A DNA stretch of 63,739 nucleotides, the filler included, from an uncultured Methanosarcinales archaeon (GTDB lineage: Archaea > Nanobdellota > Nanobdellia > Woesearchaeales > CAZKBD01), in the NCBI GenBank assembly GCA_964550945.1. It is 24 parts of 24 records of this genome, joined end to end, with 100 filler letters (N's around TTAATTAATTAA, not from the genome) between each part and the next. Parts side by side here need not be neighbours in the genome. Positions count along the whole stretch, not along the records: positions 40,648 to 43,065 come from CAZKBD010000152.1; positions 43,166 to 45,544 come from CAZKBD010000153.1; positions 45,645 to 48,020 come from CAZKBD010000154.1; positions 48,121 to 50,352 come from CAZKBD010000156.1; positions 50,453 to 52,673 come from CAZKBD010000157.1; 19 more parts are not named here. The stretch is one strand, 5' to 3'. Shown one piece after another: positions 41,310-52,773 of the stretch (positions are counted from its first letter, which is position 1; every line of letters starts with the position of its first letter). A program made the translations under genes and the position numbers. Below the pieces are notes generated by a model. It made no database searches and was not told the origin of the DNA. It worked only from the letters and a program-made list of their open reading frames with translations.

Positions 41310-41881
41310 ATGAAATAATTTTCCGCGGAATTAAATTGGCAGATGCGCAGCAATTAGCAATATTACACTTACAATCGCTGCAAGATGGTCTTCTTTATGA
41401 TTTGGGCCAGAAATACACTAAGTTATTTTATAAAATTGGCCTTAGCTCAGATAATTGTTTTGGTTATATAGCTGAAAAAAACGGCCGGATAATTGGCGCA
41501 GCAGTATCGACTAAAAACAGTGATGTATTATTCAGAAAATTGTTATTAAACCCGCGATTTTTGTTAGGCCTGCTGAAGAAAATTTTTCACTTAAAAAAAT
41601 TGTATCCTTCCGGAGGCACCAAAATTCCGATAAAACAGGAATTCATTTTATTTTTTGTCGATGAAAAATATCGCGATTTGCGAACAGCATTAAGATTAAT
41701 GAAGTTAGTCGATGAAGAGTATGGCAATCTTGGCTACAAAAAGTATTCCTTAGAGGTTAAGGAAAGCAATACTGCTGCTAATTTATTGTACCAACGGTTT
41801 GGTTTTATTAAGACACATGAAATTGGTAAAGATGGCAATAAAAGATTATTTTATGAAAAATTAGTGGGGGAACATGCCTGA
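41306..41881 (+). CDS. GNAT-family acetyltransferase
   Basis: FVDEKYR, LEV.ESN.AA..LY.RFGF. Confidence 0.8.
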   Translation: MNEIIFRGIKLADAQQLAILHLQSLQDGLLYDLGQKYTKLFYKIGLSSDNCFGYIAEKNGRIIGAAVSTKNSDVLFRKLLLNPRFLLGLLKKIFHLKKLYPSGGTKIPIKQEFILFFVDEKYRDLRTALRLMKLVDEEYGNLGYKKYSLEVKESNTAANLLYQRFGFIKTHEIGKDGNKRLFYEKLVGEHA

Positions 41882-42234
41882 TGATGGACATAATTGGTAT
41901 TGGCGCCGATATTGAAGAGGTCCAGAGATTTAAGGATAAACCTTATCTGGATAATCAATTATTTTATAAAAAGATATTTACTATTGAAGAAATCGAGCAG
42001 TGTTTAATAAAACCATCTCCAGAGCAATCTTTTGCGGCACGATTTGCTGCTAAGGAAGCAATAATTAAATCATCGAATAAAAGATTGTGGTTTACTGATA
42101 TTGTTATTGGCCAAGATCAAAATAGACGTCCAGTAGTAAGAATCAATAATCCTCAAAAATTAAATGCGGAAGTTAGTTTTTCCCATACTAAAACTCATGC
42201 TTTAGCTATGGCCTTGGTCTGGCAACTAAATTAA
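41881..42234 (+). CDS. acpS: Holo-ACP synthase (phosphopantetheinyl transferase)
   Basis: GIGADIE, FT..E, AARFAAKEA, SFSH. Confidence 0.9.
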   Translation: MMDIIGIGADIEEVQRFKDKPYLDNQLFYKKIFTIEEIEQCLIKPSPEQSFAARFAAKEAIIKSSNKRLWFTDIVIGQDQNRRPVVRINNPQKLNAEVSFSHTKTHALAMALVWQLN

Positions 42235-42236
42235 AA

Positions 42237-43065
42237 ATGAAAATTGCAATATTAAGTACCTTTACCATTCAAATGATTCTTCCTAAATTAAAAGAGTTAT
42301 CAGAAAAGGACGGATTTAACCATGAAATTAAAATATTTGTTTCTTATAATTTATGTTCTAAAGAATTAACAGATAATCAAAGCGAGATTTACCAATTTGC
42401 CCCAGATGTTTTGTTCCTATTTATTGACCTTGATTCATTGATTCCAGAATATCTTGATTTAGTAAAAATTAAATCTGAGGAAAGAAGAAAAGTTATCGAT
42501 TTGAAATTCTCTTATTTGCTGGCTATCGTAGAAAAGTTCACAAAAGAAAGGCCAGCTTCTACAATCATCATTCATAATTTTTCAGTGCCAAGTTATTCGC
42601 CGTTAGGGATTGCAGATAATAGAGAAGCCGTTGGTCTGCAAAGATCGATACAAGATTTAAATCGTAGAATGGAAGATTATTTTAAAGACAATAATTCTGT
42701 ATTGGTTTTTGATTATGACGGGTTTACTGGTAGCTATGGCAAGAAAAATATTATCGATAGGAGGCTCTACTTCCTAGCCGATATTAAGATTAAGGCAGAA
42801 TATCTCGAATTATTAGCAAAGAATTATCTTAATTATATCAACTCCTTGCTAGGTAAGAGTAAAAAATGTTTAGTTTTAGATTTAGACAACACTCTGTGGG
42901 GTGGAATTATTGGTGAAGACAGCCCGTCTAATTTAAAGCTCGGACCAAACCCTCCTGGAAATGCTTACTTGGAATTTCAGAAAGTATTACTCTCTCTATT
43001 TAATAAAGGGATTTTATTGACAATTAACAGCAAAAATAATTTTGATGATGCTATTAAAGTAATTA
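42237..43065 (+). CDS. FkbH-like HAD-IIIC protein, 3' truncated
   Basis: KCLVLDLDNTLWGGIIGED, FQ......GILL...SKNN. Confidence 0.9.
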
Positions 43066-43165
43066 NNNNNNNNNNNNNNNNNNNNNNNNNNNNNNNNNNN
43101 NNNNNNNNNTTAATTAATTAANNNNNNNNNNNNNNNNNNNNNNNNNNNNNNNNNNNNNNNNNNNN

Positions 43166-43689
43166 AGATTGAGAGTAAAATCGCAACTGTGAGGACATCT
43201 CACCATTGCAAATACAACATCAATTACCACATTATTTGGATTCCAAAATATAGGAAGCCAATATTGACTGGAAAGGTTGTTGAAGTTCTGAAAGCAATTA
43301 TTGAAGGACAATGCCAAGAGATGAGCATTAGCAATCTGGCATTAGAGATTATGCTTGACCACTTGCATTTATTTGTGGGTGCAAAGCCGACAGTAACACC
43401 ATTCAAGATTATCCATAAATTGAAAGGTAATACTTCAATACAATTAAGGCGATGTTTTCCTAATTTAAGGTATCTTGGATACAAACATCACTTTGGTAAA
43501 GGCTTTGATAACCTCTGGGCAAGAGGTTATTATTGCGGTTCGGCTGGTCATGTTTCACAAGAACAGGTTAAGAGGTATATTCAAGAGCAGATGGGTAAAG
43601 ATGTTTTTGAGTATGATATTTATGGATGTCCTACTGAATTGAAGGGGCAACTGAAGATTGGTGATTTTACACAGGAAAAACGTATTTAA
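43166..43689 (+). mobile_element. tnpA: IS200/IS605-type Y1 transposase TnpA (DGR2-linked)
   Basis: YHIIWIPKYRK, HUH motif DHLHLFV, LWARGYY, YIQEQ; frame open to contig start. Confidence 0.95.
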
Positions 43690-43782
43690 TCACTTAAGAG
43701 TAGTATAAAAACAAAAGATTTATAAATAAACTCTATTTCTTTTATTTATATTAGTTTTAATCAGTAAATAAGGTGAATAATT

Positions 43783-44580
43783 ATGACTATTGACTCTAAA
43801 GTTGAACTAATTACTGAAGGTGAAAATCTTCTTGGTAATCTTGAATTGTTAGACCCTATTTCTAGCTGGCAGACAGGTGCTGAGGTTTTTAAGGATTGGC
43901 AAGCTGGTGCCAAAGTTATAGGAGTCAATACTGCAAATATGACTTATTATAGGATTGATAGTGGTGATGCACTGATTGATTTGGTTGATAGGGAAGGTAA
44001 TCTTTTTTTAGATGACAGGTTCAGGAAAGATACTTATACTGGCATAAGAGATAATGCGTTTTTCTTCCTTACTCCAGAAATGAAGAAGCAGGTAATGGAT
44101 ACTGCAATTACTCCAAAAAAATCAGCACAGGTAAAGTATTCTGAACTTAATGTCAAGACAGATAATTGTGGTCCAGCTTATTGTTATATTGAAGCAAACG
44201 ATGATAATACTGATGGTGAGAAAAGATTATTTGCTGCTGCTTATGGCAAAGAGAATCCAGGAAATGGAAGAAGGTTTTATCTTTTAAGAGAAAATGTTGT
44301 GAAAGCTCAACTACGTGGTAGGGAAGGCGATATGTTTGCGCGGGCTTGCTATCTTGACAATGATCTGAATTTCAGTGCTGATGACAGGGACATCAATAAT
44401 GCTTATGGCGGGGTGCGTGGGGTACGTCGTGTCGTCGTCGCCGAAGGCGACGAAGCAAAAAAAGTAGAATATAATAATGCTTTGGACATCGTAACTGGTA
44501 ATCCAGAAATGCTTACACCTGATAATGCACCTAGGTTGGCTAATCTACTTACTCAATATTTATCAAGGCAAAAACAGTAA
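43783..44580 (+). CDS. DGR2 target (variable) protein, probably CLec-like fold
   Basis: Contains VR 44332-44424; TATA near 43718 and GGTGA SD. Confidence 0.92.
   Translation: MTIDSKVELITEGENLLGNLELLDPISSWQTGAEVFKDWQAGAKVIGVNTANMTYYRIDSGDALIDLVDREGNLFLDDRFRKDTYTGIRDNAFFFLTPEMKKQVMDTAITPKKSAQVKYSELNVKTDNCGPAYCYIEANDDNTDGEKRLFAAAYGKENPGNGRRFYLLRENVVKAQLRGREGDMFARACYLDNDLNFSADDRDINNAYGGVRGVRRVVVAEGDEAKKVEYNNALDIVTGNPEMLTPDNAPRLANLLTQYLSRQKQ
44332..44424 (+). repeat. DGR2 variable repeat (VR) with IMH TGGGGT
   Basis: 93-nt ungapped match to TR 44770-44862; 11 mismatches, all at TR adenines. Confidence 0.97.
44435..44453 (+). promoter_or_regulatory. DGR2 post-IMH DNA hairpin
   Basis: TCGTCGCC-GAA-GGCGACGA. 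Confidence 0.9.
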
Positions 44581-44613
44581 TTTTTATTAACTTCTTTCTT
44601 GTTTCTATTGTTC

Positions 44614-44882
44614 GTCTCAGCATTTGCCACTCTCATTGACGGGTGGATGTTTTGGACTACATGCCTTTTTGTCATGGCCGTTTGTTTTGCGGTTATAAAA
44701 TACAGCCACGACAAGATAACTTGCGAGATATCCTGAAGTGGCAGTGCTTAGATAGGCAAAAAGGCTACAATGTTTGCGCGGGCTTGCTATCTTAACAATA
44801 ATCAGAATTTCAATGCTAATGACAGGAACATCAATAATGCTAATAGCAGGGTGCGTGGAATAGCCCATAAAAATGCTGAGAC
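44614..44882 (+). ncRNA. DGR2 structured TR-containing RNA
   Basis: Closed by 12-bp GTCTCAGCATTT (44614-25) / AAATGCTGAGAC (44871-82); stems covary with DGR1. Confidence 0.75.
44770..44862 (+). repeat. DGR2 template repeat (TR) with IMH* TGGAAT
   Basis: 10 AAY codons, 31 adenines. Confidence 0.97.
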
Positions 44883-44891
44883 CTTTTATTT

Positions 44892-45544
44892 ATGCATCAC
44901 AGAGATTTATGGCAGGAATTATGTTCTTATGATAATCTTTGTCTTGCGTTTAAGAAAGCGAGAAAACATAAGACTTTGCTATATTATGTGATTGAGTTTG
45001 AAAATAATCTTGAAAGAAATATTCTTCTTTTGCGTTCAGAACTTCTCTTTCATTGTTACTGTCCAAAACCTTTGGTAAGTTTTATCATCAAGGATCCTAA
45101 GACAAGAAGAATAAGCAAATCTGATTTTAGGGACAGGGTTATTCATCATGCTTTATGCAATATCATTGAACCGATATTTGAGAAAAGATTTATACATGAT
45201 AGTTATGCGAATAGGACGGGGAAAGGTACACAAAAAGCAGTAGAAAGATTTGTTTATTTCGAAAGAAAAGCAAGCAGGAACAATGCTGTTTCTTGCTTTG
45301 TCCTTAAAGCTGATATCAAAAAGTATTTTGAAAATGTCGACCACAACATCTTGATAAACATAATAAGGATAAGAATAAAAGATGAGCGAGTTCTCTGGCT
45401 GATAAAAAAGATTCTTGCAAATTCCTCATACGAAATACAAGACAAAGGAATGCCCTTAGGTAATCTTACATCGCAGTTTTTTGCGAATATATACCTAAAT
45501 GAACTTGACCAATTTGTAAAGCACTGTCTTCGAGCAAAATTTTA
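44892..45544 (+). CDS. DGR2 reverse transcriptase, 3' truncated
   Basis: FRDRVIHHAL, KADIKKYF, GMPLGNLTSQFFANIYL; contig ends just before YxDD. Confidence 0.95.
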
Positions 45545-45644
45545 NNNNNNNNNNNNNNNNNNNNNNNNNNNNNNNNNNNNNNNNNNNNTTAATTAATTAA
45601 NNNNNNNNNNNNNNNNNNNNNNNNNNNNNNNNNNNNNNNNNNNN

Positions 45645-46769
45645 ACTAACTTGCATTATGACGCTATTATTTCCTACTTGCTCATTTGTTGGTGTCCATT
45701 CAATTAGCCCTGTAGATGAATTAATAATCATTCCAATAGGTGAAATTACTAATGAATAAACTAATACACCATCTTTATCAATATCATATGCATCAACATC
45801 ATAAATATATAATTCATCTTCTATTGCAGTTGTTATAGGTGTAGAATTAATAATAAACTCGTCATTTGCATTTACAACATTAATAGTAAATGATTGGAGA
45901 GTACTTAAGTTACCGTCGCTTACCCTTGCTGTTACATTATTATCCCCAACATCATCATTTTCTGGTAGCCACCTAATAAGCCCTGTTGTTAGATTAATAT
46001 TCATTCCTTCTGGTTTTTCATCTAAATAATAATATAATATCTCATTATCAACATCAGTTGCTTCTACGCCATATTCATACTCTTGATCTTCAAAAGCAGT
46101 TATAATTAGTCCAGAAATTATTATGGGAGCATCGTTTACATTTATGACCTCAACAGTAAAGGATTGATTCACAGTGAAAATATTATCGCTAACTTCAACT
46201 ATTACGTCATGATATCCTACATCATCATTATCTGGTACCCATTCAATAATACCCTTCTCAGAATCAATATTCATTCCATACGGGCTTACTAATAAAGAAT
46301 ATGTTAAAATATCATTATTTTCATCTTCTGCTTCCACATCATAAACATAAGGTTTATCCTCTATTGCTTGTGTTATAGGCTTGGACGTAATAATTGGTGG
46401 AGATTGAGGCATGGACATATTAATCAACAAATCTACATTATGCATTACTCCTTGCAAAATAACAGTTCTGTTGGAAGAGTGATATTTGTTCCACGTTCTG
46501 ATTATTATTAAATATCCATTATATCCATTTAATGAAACAGAATAGTATCCATTCCCTCTTGTTTTTCCTGGTATATATTCTCCTCTTGTGATATCATAAA
46601 CACTAAAATCAATACCCTCTCCTACAGGAGTAATACCATCTAATTCATAGATATTGCCATCTATTCCATGAGGTACTGGTATTGCATAGTTTATCTGTAC
46701 AACTACCAAAAACAACAAGGCATAAATCAATATTCTTATTTTTTTATCCATTTTATGTATTAGGATCAA
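45645..46769 (-). CDS. Secreted protein with tandem cadherin-like/He_PIG Ig repeats, 3' truncated
   Basis: Repeats of Y.YDV.A.D.D...GM.I....G.I.W.P and VNDAP; start probably 46751. Confidence 0.85.
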
Positions 46770-48020
46770 CTGTCCAATTAGCAGCTGGATCTACATCAAA
46801 ATAATAACCTATAGTAGGATCAATAGTAGTAAAATCTTGATTATCCCAAGACGGCCACCAGCCCCAGTCATCATAATGTACTGTAACTTCAAATTTATCA
46901 GTAATTGGGTTGTATCTATCAATAGCATCAACAGAGTTAGCAGGAGTTACAGTAATTGGGTAAGGATCAGCGCCATAAGTTGGAAGCTCGCTGCTATTTG
47001 TGGAATACCATCCTACTAAATTCCAGCTATTATTCAAGCTAATGTTCATATTAGCTGTGGGTACTTCACCTACAAAGGTTAGATTGCATGATTTATTGAT
47101 CTCAAACCAATAACTTTTTCCAGGCTCTAAACTTGTAAAATTCTCATCACCTTGTGCAGCAGTCCAATTTCCACTAATATAATCTGTCCTCTCCCAGCCC
47201 GTAGATGTATTATACCTCCATAAAGACTTTATACAATTTGCAGGCTTTACAGGAAAATCATAACCATTGTTAGTACCGTTGTTTAATTCCCATTTGCTTA
47301 AATTAAATGGTACGCTTACTAAATTCCAATCCGAACTAGCTTCAGAATTATTTATTAACTCAACCCCATATTTTCCAACTGTTATCACAGTTGTTGCATT
47401 GGCTAATCCTCTTACTGTAGCTACTTTATAGAATCTTGTTGTAGATTGATTTGCATTAGTATCAGTCCAATTCAAATTAGTAATCCCAGTTACATTTGGT
47501 GTTGTTGAGAATCCTACTCCATAATCATCAGTTATATATACATCGTAATAATCCGCATATGAAACATTCAACCATCCTATCTTAATACTTACGTTGTCAT
47601 CACTTAGAGAAGCATTTAATACACTAGGCCCTTTTACAACAGTAAAATCTCTTGTTTCACTTGTGTTTGTATTATTAAGACTATCCCAACACGTTACATT
47701 CCATAAATGTGCATTATCAGCAAAGCCACTGATTGTATAATTTGATGCTATCCCACTAGATACATTAATACTAGATATATTCACTACCCCATCAATTGTT
47801 AAATTACATGTAATATTATTAGTTGCAAAATTATCTGTTGCAGTCCAGTTAAAGTTTATTAAATTGTCTGTTGTATTAAACCCATCAACTGGATAATTTA
47901 ATGTAATATTTGGTGGCGTTGTGTCTATTTGTATGGTTCTTGTTTCTGTGCTATTTGAATTTCCTTCTGAATCATATGCAGTAGCGCTTAAGTAATAAAT
48001 ATCATCTATTAGGTTAGTAA
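46753..48020 (-). CDS. Large secreted surface protein, 5' truncated
   Basis: Frame open from contig edge; Ig-like repeats, two WNLV(S/G) modules. Confidence 0.75.
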
Positions 48021-48120
48021 NNNNNNNNNNNNNNNNNNNNNNNNNNNNNNNNNNNNNNNNNNNNTTAATTAATTAANNNNNNNNNNNNNNNNNNNNNNNN
48101 NNNNNNNNNNNNNNNNNNNN

Positions 48121-48789
48121 AAATTTAATGAACACCAAGGGCATTACCGCTTTCCCCACTTTGTGCTTCTTTGTTTCTTTTGTTTCCTTTCCGCAAAACT
48201 TGACATCAGTGTAGAACATATAGAACAATATAACCATAAAGATGTTGGGGATAAACCAGTACATTAAAGATGGCCTTTTGTCATAAAATATGCTCAACCC
48301 GAGCAGTATCAATGAAGCGATTGAGTAACTGACTCCGAAATAACCTGCTTTTTTGAGGTATACATTAGAAAAAAAGGCGAGATCTAAAAATACGAGCAGT
48401 ATTAAAAGATAAGATGCTAATGAAGCCAAAGGGAAAAACGCAGTGAATCCAAATGGGATGGATAAAGCTGTTAACAGGAACAAAAACAGAAAATACAGCA
48501 ATCCCTTGTTATTTGTCAATTCATACACTAACCCCAAAGTGATAGTCGCATTAACGACATTGAAGCAACCCAGAATCAATATAAAATCGCCATATGTTGG
48601 CGCGAGATTCCCAGAAAACCATAGGAAGTTTAACAAAGAAGGGATTAAATAAAATATTCCGCTTATCCCAATGACTTTTCCTAACGAGCAAACATTCCTA
48701 TTTTTGAACCATACAAAAAAAACGAAAAAGGATATTATTGAAACAGCAAGATAGCTTACCCCATTTAATAAGTATATCAGACTAGGCAT
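48121..48789 (-). CDS. Multi-pass membrane protein, 3' truncated
   Basis: About 7 hydrophobic segments. Confidence 0.65.
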
Positions 48790-48847
48790 TATCCACCCCT
48801 TTTTTTGATTAGAATTTATTTTTGTTTATATAAAGTTTACGGAATAA

Positions 48848-49369
48848 TTAGCATTTAAAGCTATTTAAGATGATTGTATAGATTAGTTCATTTTTTTCGT
48901 AAGCGTCATTTTTTGTTACTAACACAATGCTTACTTGATTTTTACCGCACAAAGTTCCTGATATAATTGATTTTGTATCCTCGCTTGGGAAGTCAATAGC
49001 GTAATTATACCATTCTCTTTTGTTGATTGCCATTATTTTCACATGCTCGTAAATATTTTCTCTGTCTGTGATTTTTGGGAACATGTCTTTATAAGCTTCG
49101 TCCTTTCCTAAATCAACAAGATTCTGTGTAGAAGGATTTTCCTCAACAATAATCAATATCGCGTTCTTATCCTTATCTAAAAGAGCAAAGTTGTTAGGCC
49201 CTTCCTCCACCCTCTCAAAGCTAGATGGATACGAGAAAGAAATGCCATATTTTTCGCTTTCATAGGTTGCAAGATCCATTTTTGGTTCCTTATTCTGGCA
49301 TCCTGCTAAGAAAAACAAGATCAGCAAAAATGATAGGTTAATAAATGCAGGTTTGATTTGATTTCTCAT
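48848..49369 (-). CDS. Lipoprotein, PsbP-like fold
   Basis: LAGC lipobox; YGISFSYP. Confidence 0.6.
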   Translation of the reverse strand: MRNQIKPAFINLSFLLILFFLAGCQNKEPKMDLATYESEKYGISFSYPSSFERVEEGPNNFALLDKDKNAILIIVEENPSTQNLVDLGKDEAYKDMFPKITDRENIYEHVKIMAINKREWYNYAIDFPSEDTKSIISGTLCGKNQVSIVLVTKNDAYEKNELIYTIILNSFKC

Positions 49370-49453
49370 TGTATTTTGTTAAAATATTTACCTAACTAAT
49401 ACAAATATATATTCTAATTGAATGATTTGAATAACTGTGCTGAAAATAAGAAT

Positions 49454-50352
49454 TCAGCGCTCTATAGCCAAAAATTCAACAGTGCCATTGCATGAACCAG
49501 CAACATCAGCCGGAATCTGAATCCTCCAATATGTGGTGTTAGTGTCGTTTCCATAAGCAGTATCATTTGTCCTGGCCCATAATGGAAGATCGGGCATTTG
49601 TATAGAGGTGTTAGTTAGGTTAGTCATATTTGCGTAGGTTACACTTGTATTCAGGCTGTATCTTTGGTAGTCCATTGAAATATTGCCCACATCGCAAAAC
49701 ATGGAATAATTACCTGCCCAATTATCTTCAGTTATAATATCCCCTCCCCATCCTCTTACACTGATGTTCATTGGAATATTTCCATAATTAGTAACATTTC
49801 TAGCAATAAAAGAGGATATCTCTGTGATAGAGAGGCTGCCATAGTCTATCATAGGCGGGACATCTATGCCTAAAACAGGATTAATAGTAGCAACAGATGA
49901 GTTTAAAGTGTCATTAAAATACATACGATTGCCGCCGCCAACATCTCCTCCTTTATCCTGTATGCTCATATTACATATCCAAGAAGTTCCATTATTAGCA
50001 TAATACCACACATTAAAAAGGCAGCTGCAGCTGGCATTAGTGTCAGAGTTCTCATATTGCCTGCATAAACCGCAACTGCTGTTTGTATAATGGTAGTTTC
50101 TATCATTTGAATCGCCATCACTGCTTACAGTTATATCATAAAAAGTAGCATTTGTTACATTTATATCATCCCACCCGTTATAATCCCAGGCATAACCAGT
50201 GCAGTTTACAATTGTTGCATTACCTGCTGCAAGGTCAATTGATGAAGGTGTAACTATGACATTAGTCAAATTTGGAGGGGTGTTTCCTACTAAAACCCTT
50301 GTGACTGTAGTTAAGTTTGTGGCTCCTTCTACATCAAATGATTCAAACACCA
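49454..50352 (-). CDS. Secreted glycoprotein, 5' truncated
   Basis: Asn/Thr-rich with many sequons; C-terminal YWRI.IP....G...G motif. Confidence 0.7.
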
Positions 50353-50452
50353 NNNNNNNNNNNNNNNNNNNNNNNNNNNNNNNNNNNNNNNNNNNNTTAA
50401 TTAATTAANNNNNNNNNNNNNNNNNNNNNNNNNNNNNNNNNNNNNNNNNNNN

Positions 50453-51455
50453 CTTCATAAGTAGGATGCATCTTTATCTTTTTCCTGCAATTTTCTATTT
50501 TGTCTCCAACAAGGCCTTCTAAAGAGTAATCTCCGATGTTTTTTTGCTGCAGATAATAAAGATAGCCCACATCCTCTGGATTTAAACCCATTAATCTAAC
50601 GCCAATTCCGTCTGCCTTTAATGGATTGCAAGAAGCAACTGCGCAGCCTAAAAATGTTCCCTTGCCTGCAACAGGACCATCATCTTCCAGACAATAAAAA
50701 CCATCTAAAACAACTAAATCAGGGAGTATTTTTTCGCAAACATCAGCCACATTATGATTTATTATTTTCACAGCATTGATATAATGCTTGTTTCTTGCCA
50801 GTATAACATTAGCTAGCCACCTGGATTTCCTTCTAAGCCATGGTATCATAGAAGCAGGCAATATCCCAAGAATTTTGACAGATTGCGGCTCGCTTGGGGT
50901 TCTCATCCCATGCACTAAGGTTTTGTCTTCCTGCTTTACAAAACCAAGCATATTTTTAATGCCTAAAGTTGCAATTGCATAATCATGAGTTTTTGGCACT
51001 GCTACTGATATTTTGTAGTCAAAATCTTTTAAACGTTTAGCTATTTTGATTTTTTCTTGGGATTTTACGGTCTTGACCTCAATTTCAAAGAATTCTTTGT
51101 AATCGTCAACTGTCTCGATAGACAGGTTAGGATATTTTTTTAATATGTTAAAGTATCCAAAATCTTCCAACACTTTTTTAGTTGAGCTATGCTCGTATAA
51201 GGCGCTTCCTGAGCCTTCTGCGATTGTCACTTTCTTTTTTTGGAAATTTTTTACGTTTTTGGATAGAAATTCAAGAACAGCGTCAACTGCGTCCACATGA
51301 GTATTAGCATAGATGTTTTTGGTTGCAGTAAGGTTGGGCTTGATTACTATGTTTTTTTTGGTGTTAATTATCTGTAGGTCTTTTTTTATTAGCTCTAATG
51401 ATTTTTTGATGTTATCTTTTCTGTCGTTGCCCTTGACTAAGGAAACAAGCTTCAT
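50453..51455 (-). CDS. DUF362 family protein
   Basis: IKPNL, IAEGS, KTH...TLGIKNM.G, GPV.G. Confidence 0.85.
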
Positions 51456-52559
51456 TTTAGCTCTATTACTATCTTTTTGTCTTTAGCATCAACTTCCTTT
51501 ATTATTTTGTGGCCTTTTAGCTTATCTTTTATTTCATCCCAGCTGTATTTGCCCCTGGCTTTGTTCATTTCACTTAGAATTTCCTGAACTAATTGGTAGT
51601 TATGATAGATTATATCTGCCTTTTGCGCAACTTCATCTGCGCTTGCTTCCATCTCGCTTATCTGCTCTTTTTGGTGCTCTATTATGTTTTTTAGCTTCTC
51701 TGCTTCTTTTTCATTTTCTGTTTTCTGTTTTGGCTCTTCGTATTCATGCAAGAAATAATAGTCAATTGATTCATTGAACGTTTTAAATTGTTTTTTGTCA
51801 AACTCCTTGAATAATTCCAATTCAAATGGGGCAATTTCCTTTGCTTTTTGGTTTTCATAGATAATATTTGCATTAATTTTTTTCTTGATTATCTTTTTAA
51901 TATTATCAAATCTGATCTTTATCTAATTTTGATGGGCTTACTGATTTATCTAGGTTAGACAATAAGCATATCTCTTCTGCATAAATGCCTCCTAGGCCGA
52001 GCTCAACTGCTAGGCATGTAACTAAACTGTCTTTTTTAGAATTCTTAAACAGATTGGACAACTCCTCAATTTTAAATTTAAAGATATTGATTTCAGTTTT
52101 AGGGTAGGTATAAGCCACATCTTTCCTTATTTCCCTGTCCTTAAATTTGTGCTGCTCTAAATATGAGATGATAACGTCTTTATCGTCGCATACTATGACA
52201 TTTCCGCCACCGAAAAGCTCAATAATCAGCTTCTCTTTTACTTCCTTCTTCTCGAATAAAAACTCAATAATCCTTTCACTTTCCTTCTGCTCAATTGACC
52301 TTAACCTTGAATTATCAATGTGTTTTCTTAAAAACATGCAGAAACCGGTTGGCTCCTGGTATTCTCTCTGCTCTTCAGTCAGGTAAATCAGCTTGCCTAC
52401 CAGAATCTTGATTGTTTTTTTGCCTATATTAGGGATATGGAACCTAAGAACCAGAACTTTTTTTTCTGGGTGGTATATCTTGTCTATCCTGCCATCTACC
52501 AAAACCTGAAGTTCCTTAATCAGATAATGCAAATCAATAGAGCTAAGCTGGGTTTTCAT
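51452..52559 (-). pseudogene. NFACT-N / Rqc2 (FbpA-like) protein, frameshifted near 51906
   Basis: LSSIDL, GRIDKIY, FCMFLRKHI, ERII, ELFGGGN, GLGGIYAEE; continues in another frame (FDNIKK...APFELELF). Confidence 0.75.
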
Positions 52560-52773
52560 AGTGTATGAAAATTGAAAGAACTATAAAAATCTATTCAAAA
52601 TCAGGCGATATTGAAAAGTTACCCTACTCCGCTTACCAAAACCCTATACTTTGTATAGGAACTTGGTAAGCTCNNNNNNNNNNNNNNNNNNNNNNNNNNN
52701 NNNNNNNNNNNNNNNNNTTAATTAATTAANNNNNNNNNNNNNNNNNNNNNNNNNNNNNNNNNNNNNNNNNNNN

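Noticed and set aside
44770..44991. 73-aa Asn-rich ORF
   Set aside because: It is the translated template repeat, in a different frame from RT2; no evidence of a protein
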